DNA of 64,000 bases from Promethearchaeota archaeon (GTDB lineage: Archaea > Asgardarchaeota > Lokiarchaeia > Sigyniarchaeales > SOKP01). Of the stretch, positions 52,280-62,140 are shown piece by piece (positions within the stretch are counted from its first letter, which is position 1; the number at the start of each line of letters is the position of its first letter). Position numbers and translations under genes: made by a program. The stretch covers positions 61,221 through 125,220 of the forward strand of contig JAEOUA010000009.1 of the NCBI GenBank assembly GCA_016839555.1. Direction: 5' to 3'. The notes beneath the pieces were generated by a model. That model was given only the letters and a program-made list of their open reading frames with translations. It was not told the DNA's origin and ran no database searches.

Positions 52280-54304
52280 ATGACAGAAAGTAAAGTAGTA
52301 AAAGAAATAAAGGTCACTGGTAAAGAAAAACCTAGAATAGGGGTATATGTATGCCATTGTGGGATAAATATAGCCGGGGTTATTGATGTGGAAAAATTAC
52401 GAGATTATGCAGCAACTTTACCCGATGTAGTACTTTCTAAAGATTATAGTTTTATGTGTTCAGATATTGGTCAAAATATGATTAAAGAGGATCTCGAGGC
52501 AGGTGAAATTAATAGAGTAGTTGTTGCTGCTTGCTCCCCAAGAATGCATGAACCCACATTTAGAACCGTATGTAAAGAAGCGGGCTTAAATCAATTCCTT
52601 TTTGAACAAGCAAATATCAGGGAGCATGCCTCGTGGGTGAACATGAAAGACCCAGAGGGCGCTTATGAAATCGCTAAAGATCACGTAAGAATGGCAATAG
52701 CAAAAGTACGAGAATTAAAGCCCTTAGATGTACAAATGGTAAAAGTAGAACCTGCTTGCTTAGTTATAGGTGCTGGAATAGCAGGAATGAACGCGGCTTT
52801 AGATTTAGGAGATGAAGGATATAAAGTGTATCTTGTGGAAAAAGATCCAACAATAGGGGGCCATATGGCACAACTTGATAAAACTTTTCCAACAATGGAT
52901 TGTTCAAGTTGTATACTTACACCAAGAATGGTAGATGTTGCCAGAAATGAGAATATTGAACTTATGACATATTCTGAAGTTGTTGAAGTTAATGGGTATG
53001 TTGGGAATTTTGATGTGCGTATTAAAAAGAAACCTCATTATATAGATCAAGAAGCATGTACTGGCTGTGGTGCTTGCGCAGAGGTATGCCCTATAACATG
53101 TGCAAATGAATTTGAATTAGGGATGGGTACCAGAAAAGCGGCATATATCCCATTTCCACAAGCAGTACCCGGAGAATATACAATCGATATGGATAAATGT
53201 ATTAAATGCGGAATATGTGCGAGTCCAGATGTTTGCGAGCCCGATGCAATAAGGTATGATGATGAACCTGAATATGTTGATGTGAAAGTAGGAACTATTA
53301 TAGTCGCAACAGGATGGGATTTATATGATCCAACGGAGCTAGAACAATATGGCTATGGAAGATTTCCAAATGTGATAACAGGGCTTCAAATGGAGAGGTT
53401 ATTAAGCTCTTTTGGACCAGTAACTGGCAAACCTGTGAGACCTTCTGATTTAAAAGAAGCCCATGATATAGCATATCTTCAATGTGTTGGAAGTAGAAAT
53501 TATCGAGAGGGAGGGCACACCTATTGCTCGAGAGTATGTTGTATGTATGCTACTAAGCAGGCAAGGCAATATAAAGAAAAACATCCAGATGCGAATATAT
53601 ATATCTTTTATATGGATATTAGAGCGTTTGGAAAGGGATATGAAGAATTTTACGAGTCAGCACAGAGAGAATACGGTATAAACTATACAAGAGGAAGAAT
53701 TGCAGAAGTAACTGAAGATGAAGACCATAATATTATTATAAGAGCAGAAGATACCATAATACAACAAATAATTGAATTAAAAGTCGACCTATTTGTACTC
53801 TCTTGCGGTTTAGAGGCAAGATCAGACTCAGATGAAATTGCCTCATTATTGAGTATACAAAAATCTGCTGATGGTTTCTTTATGGAAGCTCATCCAAAAT
53901 TGCGTCCCGTTGATACATTAACCAATGGTATTTTTATTGCGGGTGTAGCTCAGGGACCAAAAGATATTCCAGATGCTGTAGCCCAAGCAAAAGGAGCTGC
54001 CTCTGGAGCTTCTGCCCTAATGGCGAAAGGAGAATTTCCGATTGAACCATATTATGCAGTAGTTAATGAAGCTCTCTGTTCTGGGTGTAGAAGTTGCCAA
54101 TCTCTCTGCCCATTTGGTGCAATTGATTTTAATGAGTTCAAAAATGTAGCAGAAGTCAATCCTGCTCTTTGTAAGGGCTGTGGTACGTGTGTAGCTGCGT
54201 GTCCGTCTGATGCGCTAATTCAAAATCATTTTGCCGATTATCAGTTATATTCAATCATAAATGTTGCTATAGAAAATCCAACGTCAACAGAAAGCAAAGA
54301 TTAA
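52280..54304 (+). CDS. hdrA: Heterodisulfide reductase subunit A (Cys form)
   Basis: VCHCG.NI, ACSPR.HE, GAGIAG, KTFPTMDCSSC, CVGSR, CSRVCC, HPKLRP and ferredoxin motifs. Confidence 0.96.
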   Translation: MTESKVVKEIKVTGKEKPRIGVYVCHCGINIAGVIDVEKLRDYAATLPDVVLSKDYSFMCSDIGQNMIKEDLEAGEINRVVVAACSPRMHEPTFRTVCKEAGLNQFLFEQANIREHASWVNMKDPEGAYEIAKDHVRMAIAKVRELKPLDVQMVKVEPACLVIGAGIAGMNAALDLGDEGYKVYLVEKDPTIGGHMAQLDKTFPTMDCSSCILTPRMVDVARNENIELMTYSEVVEVNGYVGNFDVRIKKKPHYIDQEACTGCGACAEVCPITCANEFELGMGTRKAAYIPFPQAVPGEYTIDMDKCIKCGICASPDVCEPDAIRYDDEPEYVDVKVGTIIVATGWDLYDPTELEQYGYGRFPNVITGLQMERLLSSFGPVTGKPVRPSDLKEAHDIAYLQCVGSRNYREGGHTYCSRVCCMYATKQARQYKEKHPDANIYIFYMDIRAFGKGYEEFYESAQREYGINYTRGRIAEVTEDEDHNIIIRAEDTIIQQIIELKVDLFVLSCGLEARSDSDEIASLLSIQKSADGFFMEAHPKLRPVDTLTNGIFIAGVAQGPKDIPDAVAQAKGAASGASALMAKGEFPIEPYYAVVNEALCSGCRSCQSLCPFGAIDFNEFKNVAEVNPALCKGCGTCVAACPSDALIQNHFADYQLYSIINVAIENPTSTESKD

Positions 54305-54582
54305 TAAAAAATCTTCTTTAAAAATTTATTATTTTATTTTCTCTTTTTATTTTAAACTGATTATTCACTTATTCTATAAAGGAAAATTTTTATTAAAAAT
54401 TATTAATAGATTTCTTTATTTGTCAATAAATTAAGATTTTGAAATTCAATTTAAATGAATTATTAGAAATGGATAAAAACACATAATGCAAAGGTTTTAC
54501 TTTTAAATATTCCTCGCTAAATAATTATAATAACTATAATAATTATAATTATAATGAATAATGAAAATAATAATGATGATAA

Positions 54583-55092
54583 ATGAGTAGAAAAATTACT
54601 ATTAATAATGATAACTTATTATATAGTGAATGGATTCCTATTGCAAAATTCGTAAAAATCACAATATCTTTATTATTTCTATTTATTATTGTTATAACTA
54701 TTATTATTTCTGCATTATCCCTTCAGGTAATGATCTTCTTACTCATTATTTTAGGAAGCGTATGTATTTTTATTTCAATTATGTATTTGAATTATAGAGG
54801 TTTACAAATAATTTTAACTAATAATCAAATTGAAGTAAAGTATGGAATATTTAATTATAAAATCATTTCTCTAAAAAAGATAATGAGATGTGACCCAACA
54901 AAAGCAACCTTCAGGAAATATGGCGGAGTAGGAGTTCGATATGGCTTAGATGGTTCATGGGCTTACAACACTGATTTCGGGAAAGCTGTAAAACTTACTT
55001 ATCAAAATGGTAAACCATTCGTTTTTTCTACAAAAAATCCTCAAAAAATATGCAATTTAATAAACAAACTTACTAAAAATCTAAAAGAATAA
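54583..55092 (+). CDS. Membrane protein with two TM helices and a PH-like domain
   Basis: Two TM helices, YGG.G.RY and FSTKNP motifs. Confidence 0.7.
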   Translation: MSRKITINNDNLLYSEWIPIAKFVKITISLLFLFIIVITIIISALSLQVMIFLLIILGSVCIFISIMYLNYRGLQIILTNNQIEVKYGIFNYKIISLKKIMRCDPTKATFRKYGGVGVRYGLDGSWAYNTDFGKAVKLTYQNGKPFVFSTKNPQKICNLINKLTKNLKE

Positions 55093-55315
55093 ATATCTGT
55101 GTAATGAATGCCATAGAGAAACGGGGTTTAAATTTTTTATTCTTTACTTATAGCACTTAAAAATCCAGATGAAAGAAGTTTCTTAATCCAGAGATCAAAG
55201 GAACGCTATTGGGGAAAAAAATAAAATTAAAAGAACTTAAGTTTTTAATAGATTAATAATTAGGAAAATAGATAATAAAACCTCAAAAAAGAAAGTAAAT
55301 AAGTTATTGATAAAT

Positions 55316-56677
55316 ATGTATAAACATAGTGTGTCGATTTTAGGGACCGGATTTATAGGTCTCTGCAGTGCTGCTTGCTTCGCCAAACAAGATATTAAGG
55401 TTATCGCCTCAACTCATAATGAAAAGAAGGCTGAAATAATTAAAAATTTCCAATCTCCTTTTTTTGAAGAAGGATTAGAAGAAATGCTCCAAGAAATAAG
55501 AAATAAAAATCCCGAATTATTAACTTGTATCACCGATCCAGTAAAAGCTGTTTTAGAAACAGATATTTCTATGATAACCCAAGGAACTCCTATGAGAGAG
55601 GATAAAAGTATTAAATTAGACTATATTGAAAGTACCGCTGAAGAAATTGGAGAAGCATTAAAGAAAAAGGATGATTTTCATTTAATAGTCGTGCGTTCGA
55701 CTGTGGTGCCGGGAACGACCAGAAATCTTGTAGGAAAAATTATTACTGATATTTCTGGAAAAGAGCCCGGAAAAGATTTTGGCTTATGTATGCAGCCAGA
55801 ATTTCTTGCGGAAGGTAAATCATTGGAAGATACTTTATATCCAGACAGAATTGTAATTGGAGAATATGATATAAAGAGTGGTAATATGTTACAAGATTTT
55901 TATGAATATTTTTATGGAGATCATCTTGAAAACTGTCCAATTTTACGGATGAATCTTGAAAGCGCCGAATTGGTTAAATATGGAAATAATTGTCTTCTTT
56001 CCACAAAGATAAGTTATGCCAATGAATTTGCCAACTTCGCTGAATTAGTTCCCAATGTTGATGTTGTAGAGGTGATGAAAGGAGTGGGGTTAGATTACAG
56101 GTTAAATCCGCGATTCTTAGGAGCAGGAGTAGGATTTGGTGGATCTTGCTTCCATAAAGATGTAAATGCTATTAAAGCGTGGTCAAAATCGCGAGGTTAT
56201 AATGCGCGGTTATTAGAAGCCGTGTTGGATATAAATGATGATCAAGCGATTCATATTGTTGATATCGCAGAAGACTTAGTAGGAAGTTTAAAAGATAAAA
56301 GAATCACTTTATTAGGATTAGCATTTAAACCTGGAACAGATGATATGAGGAGTGCCCCTAGTATAAGAGTAGTGAACGAACTAGAAGAGAGAGGTGTTAC
56401 AAATATCATCGGATACGATCCTAAAGCAAAAGAAACAGCAAGAGTGGAATTTGGTGATAGAATCCAATATGCAGATTCAATTCAAGAGGCTTTAAAGAAT
56501 TCTGAATGTGCACTATTGATAACTGATTGGGATGATTTCAAGAAATTAACGCCTAAAGATTTTAAAACTCATATGAAAACACCGAATTTAATTGATGGAA
56601 GGAGAATTTATCCGTATGAAGAATTTAAGGCTGAATTACCATTTAGAGCTATGGGAAGAATAGATTTTAAGGATTAA
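55316..56677 (+). CDS. UDP-glucose/GDP-mannose 6-dehydrogenase family protein
   Basis: GTGFIG, STVVPGT, PEFL.EG, GFGGSCF and GLAFKPGTDD motifs. Confidence 0.95.
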   Translation: MYKHSVSILGTGFIGLCSAACFAKQDIKVIASTHNEKKAEIIKNFQSPFFEEGLEEMLQEIRNKNPELLTCITDPVKAVLETDISMITQGTPMREDKSIKLDYIESTAEEIGEALKKKDDFHLIVVRSTVVPGTTRNLVGKIITDISGKEPGKDFGLCMQPEFLAEGKSLEDTLYPDRIVIGEYDIKSGNMLQDFYEYFYGDHLENCPILRMNLESAELVKYGNNCLLSTKISYANEFANFAELVPNVDVVEVMKGVGLDYRLNPRFLGAGVGFGGSCFHKDVNAIKAWSKSRGYNARLLEAVLDINDDQAIHIVDIAEDLVGSLKDKRITLLGLAFKPGTDDMRSAPSIRVVNELEERGVTNIIGYDPKAKETARVEFGDRIQYADSIQEALKNSECALLITDWDDFKKLTPKDFKTHMKTPNLIDGRRIYPYEEFKAELPFRAMGRIDFKD

Positions 56678-56947
56678 TCTTTTTTTTTATGTTTTTTATT
56701 TTTTTCTAAAGAATTATTAAATAATAGTTAAAATTATTGCGACTAGGTAAAATTATTGAATTTTGGTTATTTAATTATAATACATCATTTTAGACTTAAT
56801 ATTAATATATTACATTCTTTTCCAGAACTTATATGTCTTATTTGATTTTCTATTGATTATAAAAAATATCATTGTTAGGTATAACTAAATTTATAAATGA
56901 TTTTTTCTTAGTATTATATAATATAATAAAAATTTTAATTAAACACT

Positions 56948-57559
56948 ATGATTCCACCAATATTTAATAGAATTTTTATCTCAATAATGGTAGTAATTTA
57001 TATAATGGGCTTTTTAATACCAGTTATCATAATTAAGAAAAAAGGCAAAGATCCTCACGGTACACATGAGGGATCTTCCATTTTAACCAGATTTTCATCA
57101 ATCTCAATAGGTTTATGGTTTTTATATTTAATTTTATTCATAATGTTTGGAGATATGATTAGCGGGTTTTTAAATATACCTATATTTAACTCAGATATTA
57201 TTATTATTATTGGAATGCATTTAATGAGCGTTTCCTTTATTTTTGAGCTTCTCGGCACTCTTTATTTAGGATATAATTTCAGAATAGAACTCCCAAAAGA
57301 AGATATAAAATTAATAACTTCAGGTATTTATCGAATAATGAGAAATCCAATCGTTTTTGGAGTGTATTTACTAATTTTGGGAAGCTTTTTCATGATTCCT
57401 ACAATAATAAATATGCTTTTATTTATTATTAACCTAATCACATTTAACTCAAAAGTAAACGATGAGGAAAAATTCCTCTTAAAAGCATTTGGAGAAGAAT
57501 ATATGCATTATAAAATGAAAGTGGGAAGATATTTTCCATTATTAAAGAAAAGTATTTAA
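56948..57559 (+). CDS. ICMT/PEMT-family membrane methyltransferase
   Basis: LITSGIYRIMRNP and EEKFL...FGEEY..Y...V.RY motifs. Confidence 0.88.
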   Translation: MIPPIFNRIFISIMVVIYIMGFLIPVIIIKKKGKDPHGTHEGSSILTRFSSISIGLWFLYLILFIMFGDMISGFLNIPIFNSDIIIIIGMHLMSVSFIFELLGTLYLGYNFRIELPKEDIKLITSGIYRIMRNPIVFGVYLLILGSFFMIPTIINMLLFIINLITFNSKVNDEEKFLLKAFGEEYMHYKMKVGRYFPLLKKSI

Positions 57560-57570
57560 AGGTTAGAGAA

Positions 57571-58206
57571 ATGGATTTATTTTGGATTATAAGATTAAGT
57601 TTTATTGGAATGCTACTAATTTACGATTTAATATATATCTATTTTTTAAAAAATCGTAAAAAGTATGAAAATTTTTTGGAAAATTTTGGTATTAATCTGG
57701 TATTAGTAATCTTATATAATATTTTTTGCTATATACCTGTAATAATTCCCTCCTCTTCAGAATTTATTCCATCTTCCACTTTTAAGCAAAATTTATTCAT
57801 TTTAATTTGGTTCTATCTTTTAGGTTCAATTTTAATAATTTTGGCGATATTAATTTTTACTTTATCACTTAAAATTAGAAAGGTACTTGGTGCTCAAGAT
57901 ACTTCTGGAAAACTTCTTACCTCAGGAGTTTATGGCTTTTGTCGTCATCCAATATACTTTGCTATATCTATGACAAGTCTCGGGCTCGCTTTAATTTTGA
58001 ATAATATGGATGGGTTAATAATAACTCCTATAATTATATTATTAAACTTTTTTACCGGTAAAATTGAAGAGAAATATGATATGAGAGTGAGATTTGGAAA
58101 AACTTATTCAGAATATAAAAAAAATACAAGAGCATTAGGACCGTGGTGGTATTGGCTTATAATTGTATTGAGTGTTATAATATCACTTATTTATTTAATG
58201 CTTTAA
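57571..58206 (+). CDS. ICMT/PEMT-family membrane methyltransferase
   Basis: LLTSGVYGFCRHPIY and EEK....RFG..Y..Y motifs. Confidence 0.88.
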   Translation: MDLFWIIRLSFIGMLLIYDLIYIYFLKNRKKYENFLENFGINLVLVILYNIFCYIPVIIPSSSEFIPSSTFKQNLFILIWFYLLGSILIILAILIFTLSLKIRKVLGAQDTSGKLLTSGVYGFCRHPIYFAISMTSLGLALILNNMDGLIITPIIILLNFFTGKIEEKYDMRVRFGKTYSEYKKNTRALGPWWYWLIIVLSVIISLIYLML

Positions 58207-58246
58207 ACAGGTAATCAATATTAGCGAGAGAATAGGGTAAGCTTTT

Positions 58247-58825
58247 TTATTCTTTTTTTATTGTTAATTCTTCTCCATATTTATTAAGATAAGAAAATTC
58301 ACTTATAGATTTTCTTGGAGGACGCTGTTTTTCTCCTAGCTTCATATTTTCTGAAAGAAAGGGGTTTATTTCATCAGAATGTATGCCAACATTTAGAAAA
58401 GTTATTAATCTCATTTCCTCAGGAATCCCCAAGATTTTCTTTGCCTCTTTTTCGTTAAATCCTGCAATAGGATGCGCCACTAAGCCCAGTTCAGTCGCTC
58501 TTAGAATAATAAAGGCTGTTGCTAAGCCGGTATCAAATAAATAATATATTCTTTCATTTATTATACAATCTAAATCCGGCTTACTAAATACCGCAATCAT
58601 CATAGATGTGCGTTCAATCCATTTATTAGTTTTGGATAAGGTTGTAAAAAGTTTCTCAAGCTGTTCTTTATCGCGAACGAAAACAAATCTCCAAGGTTGT
58701 TTATTCATGCATGAGGGGGCTATTTGAGCAGATTCTGCAAAATCTTTAATCAACTCATCTGTTATTTCAACGGGATCAAGGGAACGATAGGCTCTTCTTT
58801 TCTCTATAGCCTCTTTTACATTCAT
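58247..58825 (-). CDS. Nitroreductase family protein
   Basis: RRAYR, APS..N.QPWRF and ATELGL motifs. Confidence 0.92.
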   Translation of the reverse strand: MNVKEAIEKRRAYRSLDPVEITDELIKDFAESAQIAPSCMNKQPWRFVFVRDKEQLEKLFTTLSKTNKWIERTSMMIAVFSKPDLDCIINERIYYLFDTGLATAFIILRATELGLVAHPIAGFNEKEAKKILGIPEEMRLITFLNVGIHSDEINPFLSENMKLGEKQRPPRKSISEFSYLNKYGEELTIKKE

Positions 58826-59056
58826 ACTTTTAAATCACATATAGGTTATATTAATAGTTTTTATATAGTTTTAATTAAAAAACAAGTCTAAAGATATATT
58901 AAACTTAGTGCTATTTTTTATTAATAAAACAAAAAAAAAAGGATTTTAAAATTAATAGATTGAAATATTATCTCTGGAATAAATTCTCCGTGAGAGAGAT
59001 GTTTTACTTAGGGATTTTTTAATATTTTAATATATTTCTAAAAAAATATCGCGTAT

Positions 59057-59917
59057 TTAGATAGAATTCAGAATATTATCAATTTTTTTAATACGATCAT
59101 TTCGAGAAAGTCTATCTTTAATAGGATGAAGATCTCCATAAAGTGCCTTGTGAAAAGGTGGTTTTTTATTGTTCTGATAGATGACTCCAAGTGATAGTTT
59201 ATCCTTTCTTTTGGCTAATTCCATTGCTTTCTCAAAATCATCTCCATTATCATCAATTATTTCAGTGATTTTATTATAGAGTGGCCAAGTATTGACATAC
59301 GCAACTGCTGGCTGTAAAACATCCACAAATGAGAATCCTTCATGTTCAATTGCTTTAACAATAGTATTTACCATATGATCCTTTTTTCCTGGAAATACTC
59401 TCGCGATAAATGTAGCATTTGAGCTTAGCATTAAAACTAATGGATTTATTGGATCTTCGGGATTTCCTTCTGGTGAGGATGGACTTATATATCCTTTTTC
59501 AGATGTAGGAGCAAATTGTCCAGTAGTTAGGGCATATACTCCATTATTATGGAGAACTAGTGTCATATCAGAATTTCTTTTTGCTGCAAAAATTGTATGT
59601 GATATTCCCTCCCCTAAAGCATCTCCATCTCCTGAGAAAGCGATTACTTTAAGATCTGGGTTAGCGACTTTCATACCTTGTACGGTTGCTGTTGGTCTTC
59701 CATGTAAGGAATATAATCCATGAAGACTTAGATAATCCCATATTTTTCCATGACATCCTATCCCAGCGGAAATGGCAAAATTTTCTCTTTTATATCCTTT
59801 CTCTTCTAATTTTTTAATGGATTCTTTAATAGATTGTAGAATTCCAAAATTTCCACAGCCCTTACACCAAGTATTTTCTGCATATGTACCTAATCCCTCT
59901 TTGAGTTCCATTTTCAA
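59057..59917 (-). CDS. 2-oxoacid:ferredoxin oxidoreductase beta subunit
   Basis: WCKGCG, GIGC, LHGR, TPP-binding GDGD...NN and TTGQ motifs. Confidence 0.93.
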   Translation of the reverse strand: MKMELKEGLGTYAENTWCKGCGNFGILQSIKESIKKLEEKGYKRENFAISAGIGCHGKIWDYLSLHGLYSLHGRPTATVQGMKVANPDLKVIAFSGDGDALGEGISHTIFAAKRNSDMTLVLHNNGVYALTTGQFAPTSEKGYISPSSPEGNPEDPINPLVLMLSSNATFIARVFPGKKDHMVNTIVKAIEHEGFSFVDVLQPAVAYVNTWPLYNKITEIIDDNGDDFEKAMELAKRKDKLSLGVIYQNNKKPPFHKALYGDLHPIKDRLSRNDRIKKIDNILNSI

Positions 59918-61578
59918 ATAACCTCTTTAATTTTTTTCGCTAAATCGATTGGTTCAAATGGCCTCCCATTATATTGATTAATAACTTTTTTTATTTTGAC
60001 ATGACATTTATCTTGAATTAATTTTGAAAATTGACCCGATCTGTTTAATTCTACAATTATAATAGGTTCATCCCGATATTTTTCAATTTCCCATACAGGA
60101 AACGGGCGTAGATAGATTGGTTGAATTACACGCACTTCAATATCTCCATAATAAACTGCTTCTAGTACACTCATCGTTGTTGAACCCCAAGTAAAAATTA
60201 ATGGTCCCTTGCTCCCATATATATTCACGGTTTTCATTGTTTTCATATACTCTATCATTGTTTCTTCCTTTCTCTGTCTTTTATCATGCATTTTTGAAAT
60301 TATTTCTGGATTTTCTGTGGTGATTCCCAATTCATCATGCTCATAGCTATTCCATTTTATTAATTGTTCAGAGGGTGGAAATTTTAACGGAGAGATGCCG
60401 TCTTCCATATCTAAATATCTTTTATATTCGCCATTTCTCTCAAATAATCTCGGCTCTGCCCAATTAGTATCCTCTAAATTTAAATCCACACTCATATGAC
60501 TTTCTGAAATATATTTTGAAGTTAATAGAGTTGCAGGGGTCTGAAATTTCCAAGCAAGCGCCATTAATTCTGCTATTAGGTAATATGCTTCATTTATAGA
60601 ACCGGGAGATGCAACTATTCTTAAGAAATCACCATGACCCGTATTAAGTGCAAATTGCAAGTCAGCTTGTTCAGTATATGTTGGAACACCACTTGCTGGA
60701 GCTGGACGACTTGATAAGATTATGAGAAGTGGTGTTTCGGTCATTCCTGCTAAAGAATACCCTTCTCCCATCAGAGCATACCCTCCACCGCTAGAAGCAA
60801 TCATTGTTTTTGCACCACTAAACACAGAACCAATTGCCATGTTTATTACTGCAATTTCATTTTCGGGTTGCATTACCGATAAATTGAATTCTTTCTGGTA
60901 TTTAGCAAGAAAATGCAATATTGAAGATGTTGGGGTCATTGGATATGCATAATAGCAATCAAGACCAGCCGCTATAGCCCCCAATGAAATAGATTCATTA
61001 CCCGTTAATATAGGTCTTTTTTTATCTCCATTTTCAAGCTTAAATCTTCCTCCTATCTCTGGATTGACAATATCATAGATCTCATTGGCATAAGAAATAT
61101 TGTCTTCCCAGGTACTTTCCGGAAATTGCTCTTTAATAATTTTTTCCAATTCAGTTTTAGTTTGTCCTATAGTAGAAACCAGAACTGCAAAAGCTCCCAC
61201 ACCATACATCAAATCTCTATATTTATACTCTTTAGCTTTTGAAGAAAAAGGAATACCTAAACCTTGAACACCTTCTTGCTCATCAGAATTATACACGAGA
61301 ATACCATTATCATCTAACTTATCTTTATGATTATTATAACTTCTTTCATCTGAATTGACTATTAGTTCAACATCATTCTCATACTGACTATTCACCAATC
61401 TATTGGCGGTACTAACTACAGAATAATTATGCCCTCCCTGAATTAAACTCATATAGTCATCTCTTTGAAAGATTTGTCGGCCCATCGATGTAAAGAGAGC
61501 GGATGCTATTGATCCCGATTTTTTCACACCTTCGCCAGCTTTTCCTCCGACTATGAATGTAAATACATCTTTTACCAT
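59914..61578 (-). CDS. 2-oxoacid:ferredoxin oxidoreductase alpha subunit (gamma-alpha fusion)
   Basis: GGKAGEG, GNE, YPMTP, ENEI, SSGGG and VELN..GQ motifs. Confidence 0.93.
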   Translation of the reverse strand: MVKDVFTFIVGGKAGEGVKKSGSIASALFTSMGRQIFQRDDYMSLIQGGHNYSVVSTANRLVNSQYENDVELIVNSDERSYNNHKDKLDDNGILVYNSDEQEGVQGLGIPFSSKAKEYKYRDLMYGVGAFAVLVSTIGQTKTELEKIIKEQFPESTWEDNISYANEIYDIVNPEIGGRFKLENGDKKRPILTGNESISLGAIAAGLDCYYAYPMTPTSSILHFLAKYQKEFNLSVMQPENEIAVINMAIGSVFSGAKTMIASSGGGYALMGEGYSLAGMTETPLLIILSSRPAPASGVPTYTEQADLQFALNTGHGDFLRIVASPGSINEAYYLIAELMALAWKFQTPATLLTSKYISESHMSVDLNLEDTNWAEPRLFERNGEYKRYLDMEDGISPLKFPPSEQLIKWNSYEHDELGITTENPEIISKMHDKRQRKEETMIEYMKTMKTVNIYGSKGPLIFTWGSTTMSVLEAVYYGDIEVRVIQPIYLRPFPVWEIEKYRDEPIIIVELNRSGQFSKLIQDKCHVKIKKVINQYNGRPFEPIDLAKKIKEVI

Positions 61579-61807
61579 AGTTATATAAACCTCATTCGAG
61601 ATTGTTTAAAATAATTAATTTTAGATTTCATTGTATATTATCGTGATCTTTAAGCATTATTTAAATCTATTTATTATAGATCTTAAACAAAAGTTAAGAA
61701 TTAGGAAAAAAAGTGAAAATTTGATTAATATTATTAATGAATTTCACCCTAATTGGTTTTTTAAAGTCATTTAATAAGAAGGGGATTAAAAAAAATTGAA
61801 GTTTTTA

Positions 61808-62005
61808 TTATTTCTTAGAAGGGAGAGGAATAATCATTGAATTTTTTCTTTTATATTTTAGATATTGTTCTCCAAATCGTTTTTCAAGGTTTTTTTCTTC
61901 CCACACTTTAACCGTTATATATAAAGAAACCCAAATTATTACTGTAAAAGCTATTATGAAAAAAAATGAATTTAAAACAAATCCTAAGTAAGTCAATAGA
62001 AACAC
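61808..62005 (-). pseudogene. C-terminal fragment of an ICMT-family methyltransferase
   Basis: Only the last TM helix and EEKNLEKRFGEQYLKYK remain. Upstream DNA is AT-rich and non-coding. Confidence 0.6.
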
Positions 62006-62140
62006 ATAAATTTTTTTATTTGATGAATTTAATATACATTTATTTTTTTTTCTTTTCTTAATTGAAGATTTTATTTAATATTTTTAATTTTCAAGAATAA
62101 GCTTTTCAAGAAAAAAGGGATTCTTCAATAATGACTATTT

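Noticed and set aside
55093-55230. Slightly GC-enriched intergenic stretch
   Set aside because: Only a weak stem and a short broken frame, not enough to support an RNA or gene call.
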